Shown here piece by piece: positions 1-7,130 of a stretch of 64,000 bases of DNA; position 1 is the first letter of the stretch, and each line of letters opens with the position of its first letter. The notes beneath the pieces are model-generated. The model searched no databases, had not been told where the DNA came from, and saw only the letters and a list, made by a program, of their open reading frames with translations. This DNA is from Nitrospinota bacterium (GTDB lineage: Bacteria > Nitrospinota > Nitrospinia > UBA9942), in NCBI GenBank assembly GCA_016194325.1, contig JACQBS010000051.1, forward strand, positions 7,855 through 71,854, read 5' to 3'. Made by a program: the position numbers and the translations under genes.

Positions 1-1
1 T

Positions 2-1396
2 GTCGCTGTTTCTGACAAAGAGGATCAGGATGCCCTTAATGCGATAAGGATTGCAACCGGATTTGAGGTAAAGGCACTCAAGGCAAGTGATGAGGATATC
101 TTAAGGGCAATAGAACAGCACTATAAGGTAGGGCAGTCCAGTGTGGACGAGATTATTGGAGATATAGCAGCTCATGATCTTGAGGGGAGGATAAATGATG
201 AGGATATTGACCATTTAAGGGATATGGCCTCTGAGGCTCCTGTTGTGAGACTGGTTAACCATATTATAAGCAGTGCCATAGGGTGCAGGTCCAGTGATAT
301 ACACATTGAACCCTTTGAAAAAACACTGAAGGTAAGGTATAGAATAGATGACATCCTACATGAGAGAGAGATTCTTCCCAAGGCGCTTCAGTCAGCGGTT
401 GTATCCAGGGTTAAGATACTTGCTAATCTTAACATCGCCGAGAGGCGTCTCCCCCAGGATGGAAAAATCAATGCCAGATTAAGCGGTAAGGATATAGACC
501 TCAGGGTTGCCACCGTTCCTACTGTTCATGGAGAGGGGGTGGTGATAAGGATATTGGATAGGGGCGGACTTGTATTAGAACCTGGAGAGCTTGGTTTAGC
601 CGCAGAAAATAAAGAGAAATTTGAGCATATGATAACAAAGCCACATGGTATGATTCTCGTTACCGGACCCACAGGAAGCGGTAAAACTACAACACTATAT
701 GCCGCACTTGAAAAATTGAATACCACGGATAGGAAGATTATTACTATAGAAGACCCTGTAGAATATCAGCTTGAGGGTATCAATCAGATACAGGTAAAAC
801 CACAGATAGGACTGACCTTTGCTAATGGACTAAGGAATATTGTCCGGCAGGATCCGGATATCATTCTTGTTGGCGAGATAAGAGACAGGGAGACCGCTGA
901 GATAGCTATACATGCTGCATTGACAGGACATCTTGTATTCAGCACACTGCACACCAATGATGCGGCAGGCGCTATAACCCGCCTTATTGAAATGGGGCTA
1001 ACAGATTATCTTATCGCCTCTACCCTTATTGGAGTGGTGGCACAGAGATTGTTCAGGAGAATCTGCAAGAAATGCAAGAAGGCTGTTACACCGAATGAAT
1101 TGGAGATGAATGAACTCAAAGGTATTGCATGGAGTGTTAATAATATAAAAATATATAAGGGTGAAGGTTGTAATGAATGCGTATCAACAGGTTATTGGGG
1201 ACGAATAGCGGCATTTGAAATATTGGTAATAGATGATAATATAAGGTCGCTTATACTCAAAAGCCCTGGTGCAAACACGATAAGGTCTGCTGCTGTAAAT
1301 AGGGGGATGAAAACCCTTAAAGAGGATAGCCTGAGAATGGTTATGGAGGGCATTACAACTGTGGATGAGGTATTGAGGGTGATACAGGAAGATTGA
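2..1396 (+). CDS. Type II secretion / type IV pilus assembly ATPase (GspE/PilB family), 5'-truncated by window edge
   Basis: The frame is open from nt 2 (VAVSDKEDQDALNAIRIATGFEVKALKASDEDILRAIEQHY, a GspE/PilB N-terminal domain), so the listed ATG at 143 is internal. Motifs: Walker A GPTGSGKTTT, Walker B/Asp box DPDIILVGEIRD, His box TGHLVFSTLHTND, C-terminal tetracysteine CKKCKK...CNEC. Confidence 0.9.
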   Translation, partial: VAVSDKEDQDALNAIRIATGFEVKALKASDEDILRAIEQHYKVGQSSVDEIIGDIAAHDLEGRINDEDIDHLRDMASEAPVVRLVNHIISSAIGCRSSDIHIEPFEKTLKVRYRIDDILHEREILPKALQSAVVSRVKILANLNIAERRLPQDGKINARLSGKDIDLRVATVPTVHGEGVVIRILDRGGLVLEPGELGLAAENKEKFEHMITKPHGMILVTGPTGSGKTTTLYAALEKLNTTDRKIITIEDPVEYQLEGINQIQVKPQIGLTFANGLRNIVRQDPDIILVGEIRDRETAEIAIHAALTGHLVFSTLHTNDAAGAITRLIEMGLTDYLIASTLIGVVAQRLFRRICKKCKKAVTPNELEMNELKGIAWSVNNIKIYKGEGCNECVSTGYWGRIAAFEILVIDDNIRSLILKSPGANTIRSAAVNRGMKTLKEDSLRMVMEGITTVDEVLRVIQED

Positions 1397-1578
1397 TGCG
1401 TATAATATTTTATAGATTCTGTGTGAAAATACCCATCCCCTCTAAAACCCACTAATTCCTCATTTGTTAAGGTGAAATTTAAAAATGGGGTTGCAGGATA
1501 GGAGTTGATATATCAAACAGTTAGAGGTATTTAGAGTTTATAATTTTCTATGTATATATAGAGTGGAGTTTTGATTTA

Positions 1579-1594
1579 TGGCATAGAAAATGCA
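1579..1594 (+). promoter_or_regulatory. Candidate sigma-54 (-24/-12) promoter
   Basis: TGGCATagaaaATGCA has GG and GC spaced exactly as in the consensus TGGCAC-N5-TTGCA. It lies 81 nt upstream of ATG 1675. The same TGG-N9-TGCA pattern recurs at 7065. No enhancer-binding protein gene is in the window. Confidence 0.4.
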
Positions 1595-1674
1595 ATCTCA
1601 AGTTATTGATAGATAGGTTTGTTTATACTAAGTTAAATTCATTTGCTTTCACTATTTTTCTTAAAGGTTTAGCC

Positions 1675-3879
1675 ATGTTTAGAAAATACCCGAATAAAAA
1701 CCTGAATTTAACTACAGAAGCACAGAGGACACGGAGACACAGAGATTTTAAAAGCGGTTTAAACAGTTTAAACGGTTTAATCCGGTTTTTTCCTCAGTGC
1801 CTCAGTGTCTCTGTGGCTTATAACTTCCTGCTCAAAATAAAGCTGATATTACTTATTTTTTTAGTGGCAGTTGATTTTTTTCTTTTAATCCTTATCTATA
1901 CGCCGATTGTAGATGCAACAGGGGGGGCATTTCCATATACGAAACATGGAGGTGTTGCAGGGAATGGAGTGGATCGCTCTACAACAGGGAACTGGCCCCC
2001 TGCATCTGGTGCAGGCACATATCAGAAAGGTGAATGCACTCACTGTCATGAACCACATGCAAGCTTCGGTGGAGACGAACCCTATCCCAACTATACCAAT
2101 CACCCCTCCTTTATGACGCAGGAAGAAGCTCAGGGGCCAGACCCATATCTTCTATTTGCCGATGATAACGCAAATCTATGCTGGACATGCCATGAGACTT
2201 TTCAGTTTACAGGCAAACCATTAGGATGGGGGGCATATGGATTTTATCAGGGGAGGAGTGTCTATCTGTCATCAACACATGGTGACCCATTGAAAAATGC
2301 AAATATGTTATGGCCGGGTATTAGCGGTGCAACGGTTCATCCAAGAAAAGCCCGCCCATCTACACTCAATGGTGTTTCTCAAAAAGGTATATGTCTGAAC
2401 TGTCATACTCCTCATGGTATTCGCGGTAGTGAAGGGAATGCCTATGATACAGATGCAGTCCCTGAGTCAAAACAGCTTACAACGAGCAACCCTTCTGTTA
2501 CTGCGGATTATCTTATTCCCCGTCAGCTTAATGCATGGGAAGAGAAGCTATGTGAAACCTGTCATGACGCAAGTGGGCCTGCAATTAACAACATTCAGAG
2601 TGAAATTGATAAAAGAAGTCTTGGGGGAAGCGGCCACCCTGTGGATGATACAAATCTATCAGGGCGACATGTTGTCAATGAAACTTTTCCTATAACTTCA
2701 AAGCATGTGGAATGCTATGATTGTCATAACCCTCATGTCATTAAATCAAGCAGCAGGGTTGAAGGATTAAGATATGTAGATATAAGTGGTGTTCCAAAGG
2801 ATCCAGCAGCAGGTGATTCACAGCCTTATGTCTATCAAATATGTTTTAAATGCCATGGCGATGGATATGCTAATTTTATTCCTGCGAAAACCCATCCCGG
2901 TCCCGGGCTTAATCCAAATCATTCAAATCATCCACTGCGAACCAGTACTGGAAATCCTGCCTCAGGTAATACTAATGGGAGCAATAAAAGGCTTGAATTT
3001 AACCCTTCAAGCACAAGCTCTCAATCAGATTGCGGATCATACCAGGCATCTGATTGCAGGCCCAGCCCAAGTCAGAATACTGCCTATCATCCAGTAGCCT
3101 CTACTGGTAGGAATACATCGGCTGCTATACAGAGGCAATTACTGGCTGGTCTATCTCCTGACAAGACTATTATGTGCACTGATTGCCATAATTCCGAGGC
3201 AACAGGAAGCATACAGGGACCTGTAACAGAATCCAACTTAAGGGCTACAGACCTTCCATCGGGATATGCCGGAGTAAGCCCTATAGGTCCTCATGGCTCA
3301 CAACCACCTTCTGTAGGCGGTTACCAGACATATCGGATTTTAAGGGCCAATTACAATACGACATTAGGGGGGGCAACTGAGCCATTTACTTCTTACAATC
3401 GTGATAATTTTGCCCTCTGTTTTCTCTGCCATAATGAAGAGGCATTTACAAAACAGTGTGGTGACCCTTATTTTGAGTGTGGTAGCTGGACAGATGGGCC
3501 CAAGACAAACTTCTATAGCACATTATATGATATAAATCTCCATGCAACCCATATAGCCAAAAAACCTGTTTTTGCAACTACTGGAACTTCTACAACCTGT
3601 GCAAACTGTCATTATAATGTTCATTCCAATATAGAGGCTGCCAATACTATGTATAACGACAGCAATGATCCGAACTGGAAGAGACCTCTGGATGGCGGAA
3701 CTCGTCTTATTAATTTTTCTCCAATTGTTGGAGCCAGCTCATGGTGGACCTATAGCAGACCATTCTGGGGGTGCGTTAAAACGACTGGCATATGGAGGAA
3801 GGGGTGTGATTTTAACTGTCATGGCTTCGATATGGAATTATGGTATTCACCCCCTAATATTGCAGACAGCTGTTACTAA
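1675..3879 (+). CDS. Multihaem c-type cytochrome (9 CXXCH + 1 CX3CH), membrane-anchored or secreted
   Basis: Haem motifs: CTHCH, CWTCH, CLNCH, CETCH, CYDCH, CFKCH, CTDCH, CFLCH, CANCH plus CDFNCH, many in a CXXCHxPH context. Hydrophobic segment LILLIFLVAVDFFLLILIY. The C-terminal ~390 aa are paralogous to the C-terminus of 11392..16635. Start uncertain: the ORF opens at TTG 1606 and ATG 1675 was chosen. The N-terminus is read through hairpin element 1715..1816. Confidence 0.8.
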   Translation: MFRKYPNKNLNLTTEAQRTRRHRDFKSGLNSLNGLIRFFPQCLSVSVAYNFLLKIKLILLIFLVAVDFFLLILIYTPIVDATGGAFPYTKHGGVAGNGVDRSTTGNWPPASGAGTYQKGECTHCHEPHASFGGDEPYPNYTNHPSFMTQEEAQGPDPYLLFADDNANLCWTCHETFQFTGKPLGWGAYGFYQGRSVYLSSTHGDPLKNANMLWPGISGATVHPRKARPSTLNGVSQKGICLNCHTPHGIRGSEGNAYDTDAVPESKQLTTSNPSVTADYLIPRQLNAWEEKLCETCHDASGPAINNIQSEIDKRSLGGSGHPVDDTNLSGRHVVNETFPITSKHVECYDCHNPHVIKSSSRVEGLRYVDISGVPKDPAAGDSQPYVYQICFKCHGDGYANFIPAKTHPGPGLNPNHSNHPLRTSTGNPASGNTNGSNKRLEFNPSSTSSQSDCGSYQASDCRPSPSQNTAYHPVASTGRNTSAAIQRQLLAGLSPDKTIMCTDCHNSEATGSIQGPVTESNLRATDLPSGYAGVSPIGPHGSQPPSVGGYQTYRILRANYNTTLGGATEPFTSYNRDNFALCFLCHNEEAFTKQCGDPYFECGSWTDGPKTNFYSTLYDINLHATHIAKKPVFATTGTSTTCANCHYNVHSNIEAANTMYNDSNDPNWKRPLDGGTRLINFSPIVGASSWWTYSRPFWGCVKTTGIWRKGCDFNCHGFDMELWYSPPNIADSCY
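1715..1816 (+). repeat. Tandem-unit hairpin element, CACAGAG/CTCTGTG family with CGGTTTAAA-repeat loop (copy 1)
   Basis: Left arm cagaagcacagaggacacggagacacagag; right arm cctcagtgcctcagtgtctctgtgg, about 21/29 complementary. Loop aaaagcggtttaaacagtttaaacggtttaatccggtt. A near-identical element lies at 17537..17643. Confidence 0.85.
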
Positions 3880-3893
3880 TGGAAGGAAGAAAA

Positions 3894-3979
3894 AGTGCCA
3901 GTGAACAGTGTCAGTGTCAGTATAGGATAGAAGTTGAGAAGTTAAGAGGTTTTTCTCATCTTCCCATCTTCTCAACTTC
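3894..3979 (+). repeat. Heptamer block (GTGYCAG) followed by hairpin GAAGTTGAGAAG/CTTCTCAACTTC; possible terminator or RNA-processing hairpin
   Basis: agtgccagtgaacagtgtcagtgtcag occupies 3894..3920. A perfect 12-bp stem pairs gaagttgagaag (3931..3942) with cttctcaacttc (3968..3979) and is followed by cattttt. It sits between stop 3879 and start 4003. Confidence 0.6.
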
Positions 3980-4002
3980 CATTTTTAAGGGAGGTATTTA
4001 AA

Positions 4003-4290
4003 ATGAAACGAATGATTTTAATATTATGTTTCTGTATCCTGTTTTTAATTCTCCATATCCCGCTAATCCCGTTTTACAGCATAACGGGACAGGTCTATTC
4101 TGAGATAAAAAAACCTGCATTGGGGACAGAGATAAAACCTGATTGCAAGGAATGTCACAGCAGGAATGCGACGATAAGGGGGAGTGGAAAACCTGCTATA
4201 CCTGGCCAGCCTATGAAGGGGGATGGTAAACCTACCCCACCTCCAGACCACATCAGGAAAGATAAGAGGAAAAATAAAGGGCAGCAGTAA
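4003..4290 (+). CDS. Small secreted mono-haem (CXXCH) protein, hypothetical
   Basis: GGGAGG RBS 8 nt upstream of the ATG. Hydrophobic N-terminus MILILCFCILFLILHIPLI. Single CKECH motif. Lys/Pro-rich tail. Confidence 0.5.
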   Translation: MKRMILILCFCILFLILHIPLIPFYSITGQVYSEIKKPALGTEIKPDCKECHSRNATIRGSGKPAIPGQPMKGDGKPTPPPDHIRKDKRKNKGQQ

Positions 4291-4310
4291 ATAGGAAATT
4301 ATAAAAACTT

Positions 4311-4451
4311 GCCACAGAGTCACGGAGATTTCTTTAATTTATAGTACAGGAATTTAAATGTTGAGATTGCTTCACCTTCGGTTCGCAATGACAAACAAAA
4401 TTAATAGCAATCTAATTTATTTATTTCTCTGTGCCTCTGTGTCTCTGTGGC
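4311..4451 (+). repeat. Tandem-unit hairpin (CACAGAG/CTCTGTG family) spanning the start codon of the next gene
   Basis: The left arm gccacagagtcacggagat (4311..4329) is complementary in about 13/15 terminal positions to the right arm tctctgtgcctctgtgtctctgtggc (4426..4451). ATG 4388 lies in the loop. The right arm encodes LCASVSLWL of the signal peptide. Confidence 0.8.
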
Positions 4452-5122
4452 TTATTTTATTCTCAAGCATTGGTTGTAAAACAGCTACCCAAAAGGATGA
4501 AGTAAAAACAGATGTAGAAGTAATAGATAAAGAAGGGTTTGGTTCTGTCCCTTTTTTAGAAACTGGTAAACTTGCCTTCACAACAGAGGAGGCAAAGGCA
4601 AAGATGGAGGTGAGGTTGAAGAGAGAAAAAGAGGAACTTGAAAGAAAAAAAGGTGAATTTCAAGCCCAGGCAACAACCCGATGGACAACTGATTTCTGGA
4701 TACCCCCTCCAACGAATCCTCCGCTGGTATCCGCCCTTAGGGAATTTCCAAAAGATTCATTCGGTTATCCTGATTGGAGTATGGCTGTCAAAAGGGGTAT
4801 TATAAATCCGTTAGATTCAATTAAAGGGGAAAGAGTTAAAAAGGAGCAGGAAGAATTTAATCAAGATATAATATTTCAGATAAACGATAGGATGATGGCA
4901 AATGTCCGTTTCCCTCACAGTGTACATAATTACTGGCTTTCATGTAAGGTCTGTCATCCTGCTATCTTTATAGCAAAAAGAGGCGGCAATGATTTTGGAA
5001 TGACAGATATCTGGAATGGTAAATTTTGCGGGCGGTGTCATGGTAAGGTTTCGTATGCCCCTAAGGGATTTGAAAACTGCATCCGCTGTCACAGTGTGAG
5101 GAGAGAGAAGGTTGGTTTTTAG
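4388..5122 (+). CDS. Tri-haem c7-type cytochrome domain lipoprotein
   Basis: C-terminal VRFPHSVHNYWLSCKVCHPAIF...MTDIWNGKFCGRCHGKV...FENCIRCHS matches the c(7)-type tri-haem domain pattern (FPH..H....C..CH...C..CH...C..CH). The N-terminus has lipobox-like LFSSIGC. The ORF opens at 4358; ATG 4388 is preferred. Confidence 0.75.
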   Translation: MTNKINSNLIYLFLCASVSLWLILFSSIGCKTATQKDEVKTDVEVIDKEGFGSVPFLETGKLAFTTEEAKAKMEVRLKREKEELERKKGEFQAQATTRWTTDFWIPPPTNPPLVSALREFPKDSFGYPDWSMAVKRGIINPLDSIKGERVKKEQEEFNQDIIFQINDRMMANVRFPHSVHNYWLSCKVCHPAIFIAKRGGNDFGMTDIWNGKFCGRCHGKVSYAPKGFENCIRCHSVRREKVGF

Positions 5123-5151
5123 TTTGTTCATGTATAGGAAATTATAAAATT

Positions 5152-5228
5152 AACCACAGGTGAACACAGGTAAACGCTGAAAATAAAAAAAATAAAATAA
5201 CTGTGTTAATCTGTGTTTATCTGTGGTT
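5152..5228 (+). repeat. Decamer-unit hairpin element (AACCACAG-GTGAACACAG / CTGTGTTTAT-CTGTGGTT), empty loop
   Basis: Left arm aaccacaggtgaacacaggtaaac; A-rich loop; right arm ctgtgttaatctgtgtttatctgtggtt. Preceded by the TAGGAAATTATAAAA box (5135..5150). Same family as 10908/11307 and 54092..54172. Confidence 0.85.
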
Positions 5229-5249
5229 TCATTAAGTTTTTGTTCTTTT

Positions 5250-6752
5250 ATGAGAAATTTTTTTTTAAGATTAGTTCATGATAGTTGTAAGTTGTTGGTT
5301 GTCAGTTGTTGGTTATTTCTCTGTGCCTCTGTGTCTCTGTGTCTATTAGTTTTTTGTTCAATCCCTGCCTATGCGGAAAAGGGCGATGCGGTGGCAGGAA
5401 AAGAGGTTTTTGAGAAAAGATGCAGGCAGTGCCATGGTGATACAGGTGAGGGGAATGGCCGCGTAGCGGACAAGGTATATCCTCCGCCGAGAAATTTCAC
5501 ATGGGGTCTTTTCAAATACAAGACATCCCCTATGGACCAACCTCCAAGAGATGAGGATTTGTTAAGAACGATAAATGATGGATTTGGCGAGGCATCTATG
5601 CCTCCGTGGAGGGACATAATGACTGAGAAGGAAAAGCGGGATGTTATAGCCTATGAAAAGAATTTTTCGGATATTTTTGAGACAGAGAAACCGCCTGAAG
5701 AGATTGATTATGGCGAGGAGATTCTTTACTCAGAACAGAGCGCCATTAAAGGTAAGGAGCTTTTTAAAAAGGCAGGGTGCCCTGAGTGTCATGGTGAAAA
5801 TGGAAAAGGAGATGGTATAAAAAAACTGAAGGATGTATGGGGCACAAGGGAATGGCCCAGAAACCTGACAAAGCCATGGACATACAATGGCGGCAATAAA
5901 CCAAAGAATATATTTGCAAGGATAACGGTAGGCATACCGGGAACACAAATGCCATCATTTGCAGATAAAAATAGTACAAAATATTTTACTGAAGAGGAAC
6001 GTTGGCATATAGTAAATTATGTGAGGTCTCTTGCAGATGAGACGAAGAGGGTTAAGAAAGAAGAAGAGGATAAGCCTTTAAAGGCGAAATATATAAATGG
6101 GGAAATTCCTATGGATGTCCATGCTGATGAATGGAAAGGAGCACCATTTAAGGCAATTAAATTATTCCCGCAGGACCAAACAAAGGAGAAGTTTTTTAAA
6201 CCCACTAATGATGGGATTAAATGGAGGGTCCTCTTTAATGATAAGGAGATCGCATTTTTGTTAGAGTGGGATGATAGGACAAAGAGTGTCCCCGGAGATG
6301 CAGAGGCAGAGAAGCTGAGCGAGGGGGAAGTGTTTGAGGATGCAGTTGCAATTCAGTTTCCCACGGCAATATTGCCCAAGATACCAATAAAAGAACAATT
6401 ACCGTCAATTGAACATGGGGATATGGAGTTTGGTGTAAATATCTGGTATTGGAGTAGTGGAACTACCTTGAGCCCCCAGATGACAAAGGTTAAATATTCG
6501 TATGGTATTAAATCAGAAAGGGTTGAGCCAGAAATTAAAGCAGGTTTAAGCGGGAAAGGTGAATATGCAGGTGGTATATGGAAGGTGATATTAAAAAGAG
6601 GGCTCAAGACTTCAAATCCGAAGGATGACCTCCAGTTTGAAACAGATAAACTTATACCTATAGCATTTGGAAACTGGGATGGCTCAAATGGAGGGAAGGG
6701 AAATAAACATACTGCAACCCCGTGGGATTGGTTAATATTGGAAAAAGGGTAA
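5250..6752 (+). CDS. Di-haem cytochrome c fused to an EB_dh-like (ethylbenzene dehydrogenase / DMSO-reductase type II haem-b subunit-like) domain
   Basis: Two class-I cytochrome c motifs: GKEVFEKRCRQCHGDTGEGNG and GKELFKKAGCPECHGENGKGDG. The C-terminal half (WKGAP...AFLLEWDD...DAVAIQFP...NIWYWSS...WKVILKR...IAFGNWDGSNG) resembles the EB_dh haem-binding domain. The signal peptide ends AYA-EK. The ORF opens at GTG 5223 inside the hairpin; ATG 5250 is preferred. Confidence 0.75.
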   Translation: MRNFFLRLVHDSCKLLVVSCWLFLCASVSLCLLVFCSIPAYAEKGDAVAGKEVFEKRCRQCHGDTGEGNGRVADKVYPPPRNFTWGLFKYKTSPMDQPPRDEDLLRTINDGFGEASMPPWRDIMTEKEKRDVIAYEKNFSDIFETEKPPEEIDYGEEILYSEQSAIKGKELFKKAGCPECHGENGKGDGIKKLKDVWGTREWPRNLTKPWTYNGGNKPKNIFARITVGIPGTQMPSFADKNSTKYFTEEERWHIVNYVRSLADETKRVKKEEEDKPLKAKYINGEIPMDVHADEWKGAPFKAIKLFPQDQTKEKFFKPTNDGIKWRVLFNDKEIAFLLEWDDRTKSVPGDAEAEKLSEGEVFEDAVAIQFPTAILPKIPIKEQLPSIEHGDMEFGVNIWYWSSGTTLSPQMTKVKYSYGIKSERVEPEIKAGLSGKGEYAGGIWKVILKRGLKTSNPKDDLQFETDKLIPIAFGNWDGSNGGKGNKHTATPWDWLILEKG

Positions 6753-6826
6753 TTGTCCCAAAATACTGCTAAACTCACATCTATCCGAAGTAAGTAATAA
6801 ATCCATTTGATTCCCAGGAATTTTGA

Positions 6827-6851
6827 TCCCACACATAATTTATATGTGGGA
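6827..6851. promoter_or_regulatory. 25-bp palindrome TCCCACACATAA-T-TTATATGTGGGA (candidate upstream activator site or terminator stem)
   Basis: Near-perfect inverted repeat (one mismatch) ~215 bp upstream of the sigma-54-like site at 7065 and ~75 nt downstream of stop 6752. It shares the CACATAAT core with the palindrome at 6891..6903. Confidence 0.35.
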
Positions 6852-6890
6852 TTTATCATGTGTTATATTCTACAGGTATTGGGTTAAATC

Positions 6891-6912
6891 GCACATAATG
6901 TGCATTTTTTTT
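6891..6912 (+). terminator. Weak candidate intrinsic terminator
   Basis: gcacataatgtgc forms a short stem (gcaca/tgtgc) followed by atttttttt. The stem is short and AT-rich, so support is low. Confidence 0.3.
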
Positions 6913-7064
6913 CCATTTTCATAGGGTATCTGCAACCTTTTTATGGAACAAAAGACCAATAATAATGTATTAAAATACCGAATAGAGCATAATGCCGCTG
7001 ATTTTTATATAACCCATTATAAATATTAGGTTTATCCTGATTGTAAATCTTTTCTTTATATGAA

Positions 7065-7080
7065 TGGTATAAAAAATGCA
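7065..7080 (+). promoter_or_regulatory. Candidate sigma-54 (-24/-12) promoter
   Basis: TGGTATaaaaaATGCA has the same GG-N10-GC spacing as the site at 1579. It lies 51 nt upstream of ATG 7131, at the end of the largest non-coding gap in the window. Confidence 0.4.
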
Positions 7081-7130
7081 ATATTATAGAAGTGAAATTT
7101 GTAAATATAGTAGAATCTTCTTAATTTTCA

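Noticed and set aside
143-1396. ATG 143 as the start of the secretion ATPase.
   Set aside because: The frame is open to nt 2 and encodes a recognisable GspE/PilB N-terminal domain. The gene is truncated by the window edge.
1913-3904. Alternative-frame + strand ORFs inside the cytochrome gene (1913..2116, 2414..2695, 2786..3097, 3665..3904), and similar ones inside other large genes.
   Set aside because: They overlap the haem-motif-rich frame, which is clearly the real one, and they have no motifs or start signals of their own.
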